A stretch of 64,000 bases of DNA from Gemmatimonadales bacterium (GCA_036556025.1 DATBKD010000053.1:20326-84325); one strand, 5' to 3'. Counted from the stretch's first letter, positions 1 through 9,029 are shown. A program made the numbers and translations. The notes: a model not told the origin generated them from the sequence alone.

Positions 1-259
1 GCGCCGCACTGTCTCCCTGACCCAGCCACATGTGCCCGGCGCCGAGCCAGAGCTCCGCCTGCCACCAGCCGGCCGAGTCTCCGGCGTGCTTGAGGGAGTC
101 GCGAAGCCTGGCGTAGTGCGCCAGCGCGGCCGTGTGATTGCCCATGATGCGGAGGCTGTCGGCGACGGCGAACGGGGACGAAGCGTCCCGGCCGGTGGAC
201 GAAGGCTGGTGGCAGGCCGGGATGAGGCCGGCGAGCAGGAGCGCGAGTGGCGAACGCAT
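1..259 (-). CDS. Partial CDS (runs off window start): putative secreted protein or lipoprotein, N-terminus MRSPLALLLAGLIPAC...
   Basis: Hand translation of the minus strand from ATG (cat at 257-259) stays open to position 1. Signal-peptide-like N-terminus with Cys. Starts 1 nt after the anti-sigma stop (TAG at 261-263), so probably the same operon. Confidence 0.5.
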   Translation of the reverse strand, partial: MRSPLALLLAGLIPACHQPSSTGRDASSPFAVADSLRIMGNHTAALAHYARLRDSLKHAGDSAGWWQAELWLGAGHMWLGQGDSAA

Positions 260-260
260 C

Positions 261-869
261 CTAGGGAGAAGTGGGAGACAGCACCGCCTCGGCGAGCTGC
301 GAACGCCCGACCGGCTCGCGCACCCGATTGAGCGCCTCGACGTCCCAGTAGGCTTTCGCGCCCGGAGAGAGATGGGGAATCGAATCCAGCGGGACGTTCA
401 GGCTGGTGTCGGACACTTCCCTCTCCTTGAGCAAGGTGCCGTCCGAGCTGTAGAGCCGTACTCGATAGACGTCCGCGTCGGAGACGGGAGACCAGGCGAC
501 GGCGGCGCCGGCGGAGGTCGCCGAGGGCTGAAGCACGAGTGTGCCGCGACCGCGGACAGCTGTGACAGCGCTCTGCCCGGCCGGCGGAATGGTCCAGCGC
601 CAGAGGCCGATTCCGATGGCGGCGATGGCGGCGGCCGCGGCCAGGCCCCACCAGGCGCGGACTCTCGGCCGGGTTCGCTTCGCCTTCGCCTCGGAGACCA
701 GTCCGGCTCGCGCCGCGATTCCCTGCTGGACCAGGGCCCAGCACCGGTCGCAGCCGAAGTAATGCTCCTCGAATGCGCTGGCCTCTTCCTCGGACAGCGT
801 CCCCGCCAGATACCGGGTGTCGAGATCGCTCTCGTCCACCCGCTCGCAAGTCACCAGGTCCGCGCTCAT
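261..869 (-). CDS. Zinc-binding anti-sigma factor (HX3CX2C motif) with one transmembrane segment
   Basis: N-terminal EEHYFGCDRCW matches the H-x3-C-x2-C ZAS motif. Central hydrophobic WWGLAAAAAIAAIGIGLW. ATGA overlap with the upstream ECF sigma gene. Confidence 0.8.
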   Translation of the reverse strand: MSADLVTCERVDESDLDTRYLAGTLSEEEASAFEEHYFGCDRCWALVQQGIAARAGLVSEAKAKRTRPRVRAWWGLAAAAAIAAIGIGLWRWTIPPAGQSAVTAVRGRGTLVLQPSATSAGAAVAWSPVSDADVYRVRLYSSDGTLLKEREVSDTSLNVPLDSIPHLSPGAKAYWDVEALNRVREPVGRSQLAEAVLSPTSP

Positions 870-1573
870 CCTGAGGTATGTCCCCGATCGTGGTTCAGCG
901 TTTCGCGTAGCCTCTCGAGCACCCGGTGCTTGCGCACCCGGAGCGCGCCAACGGTGATCCCGAGACGGCGCGCTGCCTCTGCGGTATCGAGCTGCTCGTA
1001 GTACAGCATCCGCAAGAGCTGTTGGTCTCTCTCATCCATTTCCCCCATGGCGCGCCGGACCTCGGCGCGCTGCTCATCGCCGATCAACCCATGCAACGGA
1101 TCGCCCGCGGACGGCGGATCGCCGGTGGTGCGGTGCAGCCGGAGCAGAGCTCTGCCTTCCCGGCCGGCTGAACGGCTGTGGTGCTGGCACACGTGCAGCG
1201 CGGTCTGAAAGACAAATGAAGGAAGCGCGATGAGGTTCGCGACCCGGCCGCCGCGGAGGGCCTCTACTACCCGGCGCAGGGTCTCCTGGGCGACATCCTC
1301 CGCGGCCACCCGGTCGCCGGTGCGTCGCAGCGCGAAGAGGCGGACGCGCTCCCAGAACCGGGTGACGCACTCGTTCTCGTCAACCGGCGCGACGGAGCCA
1401 GCCACCGGCTGCGGCGGATTGGAAGGTGCCCCGGAGTAACGCTCGTCGGGGATCGGTGACATAGGAGATACGCGGTCGGCAGCGTCCTGCCGGCAGGCTT
1501 CTGGCCAACATATGCCCCGCTCAGGGAAGGGGCAAGCAGCAACTCGAGGGGGAGGATCAGCGATGAATCGCAC
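866..1573 (-). CDS. ECF-type RNA polymerase sigma-70 factor
   Basis: Region 2 (AEDVAQETLRRV) and region 4 HTH (LLRMLYYEQLDTAEAARRLGITVGALRVRKHRVLERLR). True start is probably the internal ATG at 1462 (MSPIPDE...). The 1573 start is the longest ORF. Confidence 0.9.
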   Translation of the reverse strand: MRFIADPPPRVAACPFPERGICWPEACRQDAADRVSPMSPIPDERYSGAPSNPPQPVAGSVAPVDENECVTRFWERVRLFALRRTGDRVAAEDVAQETLRRVVEALRGGRVANLIALPSFVFQTALHVCQHHSRSAGREGRALLRLHRTTGDPPSAGDPLHGLIGDEQRAEVRRAMGEMDERDQQLLRMLYYEQLDTAEAARRLGITVGALRVRKHRVLERLRETLNHDRGHTSG

Positions 1574-3239
1574 ACGTCGCCTGGGCGCGCTCTTGCTCGC
1601 GCTCGCGGGACTCTCGGGCGGGGCCGGCGCGCAGGCTCAGGAGCGCGCGGCGAGAGGGATCTGGGAACCTGCCAACTACTCGGAGGACCTCGCACTGCGC
1701 GACGTCTTCTTCGTGACCGCCGACATCGGATGGGCCTCGGGCGCCGCGGGCACCATCCTGCATACGAGCGACGGCGGCAAGAGCTGGACGCCGCAGCTCG
1801 GTGGCGACCCCGCCGGGGCCGACGATCCGATCGAACAACTTCGCTTCGTGGACGAGCGCCACGGATGGGCGGTGCAGGGGAAGAAGCTGCTGCGAACCGT
1901 CGATGGAGAAAGCTGGGAAGAGATCGGGGCGACTCCCAATGCGATGGCGAGCGATGGGGACTACGCCTTCGTGTCTCCCACCGTCGGATTCGCGCTCGGC
2001 ACGACCACCGACATCGGATATCCGGACCACGTCTTTCAGACTCGCGATGGCGGGCACACCTGGGAGCCGATCGCTCCCTGTGAGGTGAAAGCGACGATCG
2101 AAGGTCTGGCCAAACACTTCCAGTGCGTCCCCACCCGGCTGCACTTCCCGACGCCGACCGTGGGCTACGTCCTGGCCCGGGAGTGCATGGGACCGAGCTG
2201 CGGACTGCCCATTGTCGGCAAGACCGCCGACGGCGGCGCGACCTGGACCTTCAGCCTCGGCCCGGGCGAGCTCACAGATCACACGCTCAAAGAGCTGTTC
2301 TTCACCGATGAGCGAACCGGATTCATCCAGAGTCGACAGGGCATTTCGGACAAGCTTTACGCGACCACCGACGGCGGGGCGACCTGGCGAGGCGTCGTAG
2401 CCACCCCGGGGGACTGGCTCCGCTTTGCCGATCCGGAAGTGGGCTGGAGCGTTGACGAGCATCGCCTGAGCTACACCGCGAGCAGCGGGAGCCGCTGGAG
2501 CTCGCAGGCCCACCGATTTCCAGCGACTCCGCGGGCACTGAGCTTCCCACGCCGCGACCGCGCGTACCTGGTCGGCGATCACGGAATGATCTACCGGTAT
2601 CGTCTCGTCACGGGATCGGCGGCCACGACTCAGGGCGCCATGGCGGCGCCCGCGATGCCGGCGCTGGCCTCGCCGCTGTCCTCCCAGGCAGCCGACATCG
2701 AACGCACGGTGAGCGAGCTGCAACCGGCGCTCGAGAGCGCCCCTGACGGCGGCACAGCGGCACCGTCCGGCTCGGGCTTCGCCGAAGGCTGCTGCGGCAA
2801 ACCAGTGAACAAGCTCAACCTGATCCTCGAGCAGGTCGCCCAGTCGCTGCCCCAGTTCGTCGCCCGGTTCAAGAACACCAACCTGCTCCAGGCCGGTCTC
2901 CGGATGCTCACCATCCTGCCCGGTGGGCTCGGCGATCTGAAAGCGGCGTATCTCGAGTTCACCAAGGCGCCGGACAAGGCATCGGCTCAGGCTGCGCTGG
3001 CCAAGCTGGGTGCCGCCGCGGGCAGCCTGCGCCACTCGGTCAAGGTTGCGCTGCAGGAGGAACTGCCGTCGCCGGAGACTTCGGCTGCCGGCGACGACGC
3101 GAGTACGACCGCTGCGGTCACTCCGACCGCGGAGGCGGCCGAGCCATCCCAGCCATCCGAGGCCGCCGAGGCGCGGACCGAGAACGCTGCGGCGAAGACG
3201 GCGAAATCACTGATCAAGCGGAAACTGCGGGTTCCCTGA
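1563..3239 (+). CDS. Secreted BNR/Asp-box beta-propeller protein (Ycf48/HCF136-like) with a long helical, Ala/Glu-rich C-terminal extension
   Basis: Signal peptide MNRTRRLGALLLALAGLSGGAGAQA. Repeated Asp-box SxDxGxTW motifs (TSDGGKSWT, TRDGGHTWE, TADGGATWT, TTDGGATWR). GGAGG upstream of ATG 1563. Confidence 0.8.
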   Translation: MNRTRRLGALLLALAGLSGGAGAQAQERAARGIWEPANYSEDLALRDVFFVTADIGWASGAAGTILHTSDGGKSWTPQLGGDPAGADDPIEQLRFVDERHGWAVQGKKLLRTVDGESWEEIGATPNAMASDGDYAFVSPTVGFALGTTTDIGYPDHVFQTRDGGHTWEPIAPCEVKATIEGLAKHFQCVPTRLHFPTPTVGYVLARECMGPSCGLPIVGKTADGGATWTFSLGPGELTDHTLKELFFTDERTGFIQSRQGISDKLYATTDGGATWRGVVATPGDWLRFADPEVGWSVDEHRLSYTASSGSRWSSQAHRFPATPRALSFPRRDRAYLVGDHGMIYRYRLVTGSAATTQGAMAAPAMPALASPLSSQAADIERTVSELQPALESAPDGGTAAPSGSGFAEGCCGKPVNKLNLILEQVAQSLPQFVARFKNTNLLQAGLRMLTILPGGLGDLKAAYLEFTKAPDKASAQAALAKLGAAAGSLRHSVKVALQEELPSPETSAAGDDASTTAAVTPTAEAAEPSQPSEAAEARTENAAAKTAKSLIKRKLRVP

Positions 3240-3247
3240 CCGTCCCC

Positions 3248-4081
3248 ATGGAAGAGAGGCAGACTATGTACGCGCATCGGATGTCACCGATATACCTGAG
3301 CGCAGCGTTGGCAGCGCTCGCCACCATCCTGTGGCAGGACGAGTCCGCCGCACAGGTTACGGACCGGCGCACCAGCACCGCCAGCAATGTGTCCTCTGCG
3401 GCCGCGGCGCCGATCCTGCCAGGAGTGTTTCGTCCATTCGGCACCATTTCGGAAGTGAACGGATTGCAGGCCAAGGCGCGACCGGCGTCGCCGGGCGGTG
3501 AAATTCAGTTCACGTATCCCAGCGATCTCCAGGGTAACGTAGCGCCCAAACAGCCGGTGTCGATCAGCATGGACGGGACCAGGGTGCGATTCACCCGTTT
3601 CCCGTTGATCCTCGATGAGACCAAGAGCACCGAGGTGGGGCAGGGGTCGGTGTCCAAGGGGGCATTCCTGGTGAAGACGAAGAACGTCCGCGTGAGCCCC
3701 GGCGGAATGATCACCGGCGAGACCACGGTCAAGTCGGAGGACGAGCTCGAGGGATTCACCGGTGTGGTCTGGGTCGAGCTGCGAGACAAGGATGGCAATC
3801 CGGTGTATCACAAGCGGGCACTCTGCCGGGGAGTCAACCTCTCCCAGTCCCAGCATGAGTCCTGGTCCATCTCCGCGCCCCCTGATTCCGCGGCCAAGGC
3901 GCATCAGGTGGTAATCCATCACGGGCGCATGGGCTGCAGCCGGGATCGGTGGGACGAAGCGCTGGACAAGTTGAAGAAGGCGGGCGAAGTGGCCGGCACG
4001 TTTGCGGAGGCGTACGTGGCTTCGCAAGGAGGATCGGCCGGGGGCCAGACCGGAGGGTCGACTACCCAGCCGAGCCGGTAG
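3248..4081 (+). CDS. Hypothetical secreted protein
   Basis: ORF with coding-like GC3 and a hydrophobic N-terminus (SPIYLSAALAALATILW). No family recognised. Start could be 3248, 3266 or 3281. Confidence 0.6.
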   Translation: MEERQTMYAHRMSPIYLSAALAALATILWQDESAAQVTDRRTSTASNVSSAAAAPILPGVFRPFGTISEVNGLQAKARPASPGGEIQFTYPSDLQGNVAPKQPVSISMDGTRVRFTRFPLILDETKSTEVGQGSVSKGAFLVKTKNVRVSPGGMITGETTVKSEDELEGFTGVVWVELRDKDGNPVYHKRALCRGVNLSQSQHESWSISAPPDSAAKAHQVVIHHGRMGCSRDRWDEALDKLKKAGEVAGTFAEAYVASQGGSAGGQTGGSTTQPSR

Positions 4082-4083
4082 AG

Positions 4084-4209
4084 AGCTAGCAGCTAACAGC
4101 TATCAGCTAACAGCTAACAGTCTTGCAAGACAGCTCTCCCGAACTCACTCGAGGAGGGCTTAGCTGATAGCTGCTAGCTGCTAGCTGTTAGCTGATAGCT
4201 GTTAGCTGT
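4084..4209. repeat. Heptamer-word inverted repeat: 5 x AGCTANC (4084-4118), 7 x TAGCTGN (4161-4209)
   Basis: Read directly. 4091-4120 is complementary to 4178-4207 with 1 mismatch in 30. The central part contains the perfect palindrome TCTTGCAAGA (4121-4130). Lies between convergent genes and starts 3 nt after stop TAG 4079-4081. Confidence 0.9.
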
Positions 4210-4277
4210 CACACTCGGTGAGACCATGCCGCTGGCCGCGGGAGCTGCTCATGGCACTGCTTTCCGGGAGGGATTGA

Positions 4278-5780
4278 TCAGGGTGCTGGCGTACTCGTCC
4301 GCGCCGACGGGCCTGATCGCTTTCGGACTGATTTCTTGGGGTTTACGCCGGTAGCCATCATTTTCTGAGGCCCCAGCTCGATGCGAAGCGCGCCCTCGCC
4401 ATGCGCAACCGCACGCACCAGCATGGCGGAAGGTGCGGCCGTGATCCCCAGGACCCGCACATCCTTGATCTTGCTCTCCAGGCGTACACCTTCGGCCAAC
4501 TCCCGATTGAGATTCTTTTCGAGAAGGTCCCGGCCCTGGTCCAGCAGATGCCGCAGCTTGATCCGAGCCCTGGTGCGAAGCAGCCGCTCCAGGTCGTCCT
4601 GCTTGAGCGATGCAAGCGCGCTGGTCAAGGCGTCGCGGGTTCCGATATCGAGCTGCAGATCGGGCATGTAGAGCTCCGCCCTGGCGGTGTCGTAGGCTGG
4701 GTGACCCACGGCATACAGAACGCCCTTCACCGGACCGCTCACCGCCACGCCGACCGCCAGCCGCCCGTCACCCACCCCGATGAGTCGTAGACTGTCCAGG
4801 CGAAGCTTATGCCTCTTCACCCGGATGTCGGTTCCCCGAAGCTGGGCCGTCAGGACACTACTGCCTTCATCATAGGTCATCCGGCCCTCGGTCAGAAAGT
4901 GAAGTCCCGGCTTGCCTGAGGCGGTGTCGTTGGGTGGCGGCAAGGGATGCTTCGACGGAGGCGGCTTGGGGCCGGTAACCACACGAGGGTCCGCCGAGAG
5001 CGCCACCCGCGTGACCAGGGTGTCCTGACGCAACTCGAGCTGGCCTATGCGAATCGCGGTAGGATTGATGCGGGCCCATACGCTGTCCGTGAGCTTGATG
5101 GGAGCCGAGAGTGCGCCCCAGACCCGTCGAGCCTCACGCGGGAGATCGAAGGAGCGGAGCTGGGCGTCAAAGTCGGCCAACTGCTTTTGAATCGCGCTTT
5201 GTGCCGCCGCCATGACCTGATCGGTGACGTCGATGTTGTCCAGGTCCGGCACCACGCAGCGGTCCCGGCTGCCGGATGAGACCGGCCGCGCCGATGCCCG
5301 TGTCTGGGCTGCGAGCGACCAGTCATCCTCGAGCTGGATGGTCGTCGTGATCGTGAGTCGAGCTCTTGGAGCGGGCCGTTCGGTGCCGCAAGAGGCGCTG
5401 ATTTCCGGAAGGAGGGGCGGCTTGTACCAGACGCGTCCCTGATAGGCCACGTCGGCCTGGACCGAGGCGGTCCGGCCCCGAAGCCCTATCCGGAATGGAC
5501 TTCGCCTGATCGCGAAGGCGTAATGCAGGCCATGTTTGCCGGGCACAGGCTGACGCTGCCGAAGGTCTCCGAAATTGGGTGGCACCTGCGATTCGAGCCA
5601 CTGAATTGCCGGACGGAGGTCGTACCGCACCGGCACGTCCATGTACGAGTGCGGTACCGGGGGCAAGGTGTCCACCCATTTGCCTCGCGCGTGCGGAACC
5701 GGCGGGGCGACCTTGGTCTCACGACAACCCCAGAGGGCGAGGAAAACCGCCCCGAGCGTGGCCATGGTGACGTGAGACAT
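4278..5780 (-). CDS. Hypothetical lipoprotein
   Basis: Internal start MSHVTMATLGAVFLALWGC (cat at 5778-5780) gives a lipobox-like LALWGC. The longer 5894 start would translate repeat and intergenic sequence. Family not recognised with certainty. Confidence 0.7.
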   Translation of the reverse strand: MSHVTMATLGAVFLALWGCRETKVAPPVPHARGKWVDTLPPVPHSYMDVPVRYDLRPAIQWLESQVPPNFGDLRQRQPVPGKHGLHYAFAIRRSPFRIGLRGRTASVQADVAYQGRVWYKPPLLPEISASCGTERPAPRARLTITTTIQLEDDWSLAAQTRASARPVSSGSRDRCVVPDLDNIDVTDQVMAAAQSAIQKQLADFDAQLRSFDLPREARRVWGALSAPIKLTDSVWARINPTAIRIGQLELRQDTLVTRVALSADPRVVTGPKPPPSKHPLPPPNDTASGKPGLHFLTEGRMTYDEGSSVLTAQLRGTDIRVKRHKLRLDSLRLIGVGDGRLAVGVAVSGPVKGVLYAVGHPAYDTARAELYMPDLQLDIGTRDALTSALASLKQDDLERLLRTRARIKLRHLLDQGRDLLEKNLNRELAEGVRLESKIKDVRVLGITAAPSAMLVRAVAHGEGALRIELGPQKMMATGVNPKKSVRKRSGPSARTSTPAP

Positions 5781-5836
5781 GGCCCAAGGTGGCGGGCCGA
5801 TGCCGGGTGAGCCATGACGGCGATCACTCAGCCGTG

Positions 5837-5850
5837 AGCTGTCAGCTGTC
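5837..5850. repeat. Two tandem AGCTGTC heptamers (same word family as 4161-4209)
   Basis: gAGCTGTCAGCTGTCagc read directly, just upstream of the lipoprotein gene start. Confidence 0.4.
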
Positions 5851-6032
5851 AGCGGCCAGTCTCTCCGGCGGGCGTACGCCACCGGATCCGGCAACCTGCA
5901 CCAGCCACCAGGGCAAGAAGCACGCGAGCTGAATCACCCGGCCGCTGATCGCGATCGCCAGCGACGCCTCGGCCGGCACCCGCGCCAACAACAACAGCCC
6001 TACGAACACTGGCGCCCGGAGCGAAGACCCTG

Positions 6033-6935
6033 ATGATGTGGGGCAACAGCCACCCGGCTCTCGACTGGATCCGGAACTGCAAGGTCTACCTCACGACCGA
6101 GCTGACCCAGGCCCGATTGGAAGAAGCCGCCCACTACCTCATACAAGAGCGTCCCACGCTCTTTGTGGGACTGCCTTCTGCCGCCGCACGGCTGGCTCGA
6201 TTCGTTGGAGCGGCCTACCCCGATGTGCCCCGCCCCGTCGTTCCCTTCGTCAAGCTCGGCGGCGAACAGATCTATCCCTTCGAGCGAGATGAAGTCGAGC
6301 GACACCTGGGCGCCAAGGTGGTCGAGTTCTACGGGTCCACCGCGATGGGCGCCATCGCGGCACAGTGTCCGGAGAGGTCCCGGCATGTGTTCGCCGAGCA
6401 CGTGCACCTGGAGATTCACCGGGATGGCAACCCCGTTCCACCCGGTGAGTTCGGTGACATCGTGGTCACCTCGCTCGACAACCGGGCAATGCCGCTCGTG
6501 CGCTGCCGCATTGGCGACCGGGGCCGCATGTCGCCGGACCCCTGCCGCTGCGGTCGACCGCATCCCGTGCTCGCCGAGCTGGTGGGCCGAGCAGCGGAGC
6601 TGTTTCTGGCCGCCGACGGCAGCCTGGTGCACGGTTCCGTCCTGGGGCAGGGGCTGCAATCGTTCCTCTCCACCGCGCAGCCGGGTGCCATCGGGCAGGT
6701 GCTGTTTCAGCAGATGGACGACAAGAGCTGGAAGGTTCTGGTCGAGAGTCAAAACCGTCTCGACGGGGGCTTGTCCGCCGGGCTGTGCGAGGTGGTGCGG
6801 ACGGCGCTGGGACGGGAATGCCGAGTGGAGGTGGAGCGGGTCGCCGTGATTCCGCGAGAGGCTTCGGGGAAGTTTCGCTACTATCGATCGGCGACTAATC
6901 CGGTTGGGAGGCGGTTGCAAGGCGGGAAACTGTAA
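6033..6935 (+). pseudogene. N-terminally truncated adenylate-forming enzyme (phenylacetate-CoA ligase / CapK / F390-synthetase-like)
   Basis: Retains EFYGSTAMG (YGxTE-like) and GEFGDIVVTSLDNRAMPLVRCRIGDRG (hinge region) plus the C-terminal SGKFRYY. It lacks about 130 N-terminal residues, including the SSGTTG P-loop expected in PaaK-type enzymes. The in-frame region upstream is closed by TGA at 5946-5948. Confidence 0.5.
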
Positions 6936-7012
6936 ACGGGAAACGGGGAACAGGCGCCCCCCATTGACCGATCCGCGGCAGCCGTTCACCGTTTACCGTT
7001 ACCTGTTTACCG
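6924..7012. repeat. Heptamer-word inverted repeat: GGGAAAC TGTAAAC GGGAAAC GGGGAAC ... GTTCACC GTTTACC GTTACCT GTTTACC
   Basis: Read directly. The arms are imperfectly complementary (GGTAAAC versus GGGAAAC). Stop TAA 6933-6935 lies inside the left arm. The right arm ends 10 nt before ATG 7022. Confidence 0.85.
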
Positions 7013-7021
7013 AGAAGCAGC

Positions 7022-7993
7022 ATGCCCGAGCCCAAATCCGCCAAGAAACCCCGCCGCTCGAAAAAGAAGTCCCAGGCCGAGCCCCGCTCCCGTGGACTGG
7101 AGGCCGATCGCCTGGCCTCGGGACCGGTACCGCAGGCCGTGGCCAGTCTCCAGGAGCAGATCATGAAGGCCGGTGGCAGCGTCCTGGCCACGTATCGAGA
7201 ACCGTTGGGAGGCAACTGGCAACTGCTGGCGAGCCTGCCCATCGATTCGGTCGAACCCACTCCCTTCCAGCGCGATCTCTCCGAAACCCATGTGACCCGG
7301 CTTGCCTCTGCTATCGAACGGCTGGAGCGATACCTCGATCCGCTGATCGTCGTCCCGGCGGAGGACGGCCGTTACTGGACCCCGAATGGCAATCATCGCC
7401 TCGCCGCCCTGCGCCGGCTGGGCGCCAAGGCGGTGATCGCGCTGGTGGTGCCGGAGATGGAGGTCGCCCATCGGATTCTTCTGCTCAACACCGAGAAGGC
7501 GCACAACGTCCGCGAGCGCGCGCTGGAAGTCTCGCGGTTGGCGGCAGGGCTGGCCGAGCTGGACGACCGCCCCGAGCGGGAGTACGAGACGGAATTCGAG
7601 GAGCCGGCCCTGCTCACCCTGGGCTTCTGCTACCAGCAGAACGGCCGCTTTGCCGGCGGCGCCTACCACCCGGTGCTCCGCCGCATCGATCAGTTCCTCA
7701 GCTCGCGGCTTTCGGAGAGCTTGAAGGTGAGGCAAGAGCGCGCGGCTCGGCTGCTGGAGCTGGATGAGGCGGTGAACGAGGCAGTGAAAGCTCTCAAGGA
7801 CCGCGGGTTCGAGAGCCCCTACCTCAAGGCGTTCGTGGTCGCCCGGATCAATCCGCTCCGCTTCAAGCGGGGCGCCACTGCCGATTTCGACGAGACCCTG
7901 GAAAAAATGCTCACTTCGGCCCGCAAGTTCGACTCGGCCAAGATTCGCGCCGACCAGGTGGCCAAGGCCAGCGGAGCCCCGGAGGAGCAGTAG
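7022..7993 (+). CDS. ParB/Srx-superfamily (ParB-like nuclease domain) protein with a basic N-terminal tail
   Basis: PIDSVEPTPFQRDLSETHVTRLASAI and TPNGNHRLAALRRLG resemble the ParB N-terminal domain. Lys/Arg-rich N-terminus KKPRRSKKKS. Confidence 0.7.
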   Translation: MPEPKSAKKPRRSKKKSQAEPRSRGLEADRLASGPVPQAVASLQEQIMKAGGSVLATYREPLGGNWQLLASLPIDSVEPTPFQRDLSETHVTRLASAIERLERYLDPLIVVPAEDGRYWTPNGNHRLAALRRLGAKAVIALVVPEMEVAHRILLLNTEKAHNVRERALEVSRLAAGLAELDDRPEREYETEFEEPALLTLGFCYQQNGRFAGGAYHPVLRRIDQFLSSRLSESLKVRQERAARLLELDEAVNEAVKALKDRGFESPYLKAFVVARINPLRFKRGATADFDETLEKMLTSARKFDSAKIRADQVAKASGAPEEQ

Positions 7994-8033
7994 GCCGACG
8001 ACAGCATACTCACCATCGCTGGAGGAAAAGCTC

Positions 8034-9029
8034 ATGGATCGACTGGGACGTGCCTCGGTCACCGCCGGGATCGCCGCGGCGCTGGGGGTCTTTTCGGCGT
8101 GCGGCCGCGAGAGGCGCGAGACGGCGCTGGACCAGGCTGCCAAACCGGATAGCACCGCGCCCGCCGAGACGGTGGGCGCCAAGCCGACGCGCATCGGCGA
8201 GATAACGGACCTCAAGCATCCGGAGTCGGTGCGCTACGATCCCGGTCTGGATGTGTGGTTCGTCAGCAACGTGAACGGCGATCCCAGCAAGAAGGACAAC
8301 AACGGCTTCATCAGCCGGATTGCTTCCACCGGCAAGATGGACTCGCTCAAGTTCATCGAGGCCGGCCGCAAGGGAGTGACTCTGAACGGGCCCAAGGGGC
8401 TGGCGATCGTGGCCGATACGCTCTGGGTGGCGGACATCGATGCGGTGCGAGCCTTCGACAAACGGACCGGCGCTCCGATCACCAGCGTGAACCTGGCGGG
8501 GAAGGTCAAGTTTCTGAACGATGCGGCAGCCGGGCCTGATGGGGTGTACTTCACCGACTCAGGCCTCAAGGGAGATGCCAAGGGACAACTCAACTACGTC
8601 GGCCCCGACCAGGTCATTCGAATCGGGCCGGACCGAAAAGCGACCTTCGTGCTCAAGAGCGACAGCATCGGCGGCGCCAACGGCATCACCTGGGTCCCCT
8701 CGCAGAAGAAGTTCCTGATCAACTCCTTCGGCAACAAGAGCATCTTCAGTTGGGCGCCGGGGGACAAGACCGCGACGGCCATCGCGACGGGCCCCGGTTT
8801 GGCCGATGGCATGGAAGTGCTCTCCGATGGGCGGATTCTGATGTCGAGCTGGGCCGACTCGAGCCTGCTGGTGGTGGAGAACGGCAAAGCGGTTCCCCTG
8901 GCCACGGGCCTTGCGACGCCGGCCGACTTCGGTCTGGACACCAAGCGGAACCGGGTCGCCGTGCCAATGATGATGGAGGACAAGGTGGAGTTCTGGGACC
9001 TTCCCTCCGGCCCGTCCGCCAACCAGTGA
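8034..9029 (+). CDS. Hypothetical lipoprotein, probable beta-propeller fold (SMP-30/gluconolactonase/LRE-like or NHL-like)
   Basis: Signal peptide ending VFSAC. Repetitive beta-strand-rich sequence. Family call is tentative. Confidence 0.6.
   Translation: MDRLGRASVTAGIAAALGVFSACGRERRETALDQAAKPDSTAPAETVGAKPTRIGEITDLKHPESVRYDPGLDVWFVSNVNGDPSKKDNNGFISRIASTGKMDSLKFIEAGRKGVTLNGPKGLAIVADTLWVADIDAVRAFDKRTGAPITSVNLAGKVKFLNDAAAGPDGVYFTDSGLKGDAKGQLNYVGPDQVIRIGPDRKATFVLKSDSIGGANGITWVPSQKKFLINSFGNKSIFSWAPGDKTATAIATGPGLADGMEVLSDGRILMSSWADSSLLVVENGKAVPLATGLATPADFGLDTKRNRVAVPMMMEDKVEFWDLPSGPSANQ

Noticed and set aside
1557-3035. Long antisense ORFs opposite real genes. Examples: 1557-3035(-), 6000-6989(-), 7007-8215(-), 11022-12605(-), 12765-14177(-), 13505-14644(+), 15975-17030(-), 16822-17889(+), 17802-18884(+), 22100-22987(-), 23351-24181(-), 25510-26409(-), 27739-28620(+), 28557-29864(+), 31871-32866(-), 33208-34692(-), 34748-35581(-), 38680-39726(-), 41075-42058(-), 42705-43988(+), 46807-47943(+), 52969-53943(-), 57222-58352(-), 59500-60294(-), 60250-61074(+), 62361-63632(+).
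   Set aside because: These are typical high-GC shadow ORFs. Their products are Arg/Gly/Pro/Ala-rich with no recognisable motifs. Each overlaps a gene on the other strand that has clear family signatures.
4084-4209. CRISPR array as an explanation for the tandem short repeats.
   Set aside because: The units are 7-9 nt and directly abutting with no spacers. The arrays are inverted pairs, and there are no cas genes in the window.
6924-7012. Integron attC sites / gene cassettes as an explanation for imperfect hairpins at gene 3' ends.
   Set aside because: There is no RYYYAAC...GTTRRRY core pairing and no integrase. Genes lie in mixed orientations, and the flanked genes are ordinary chromosomal genes with their own context.
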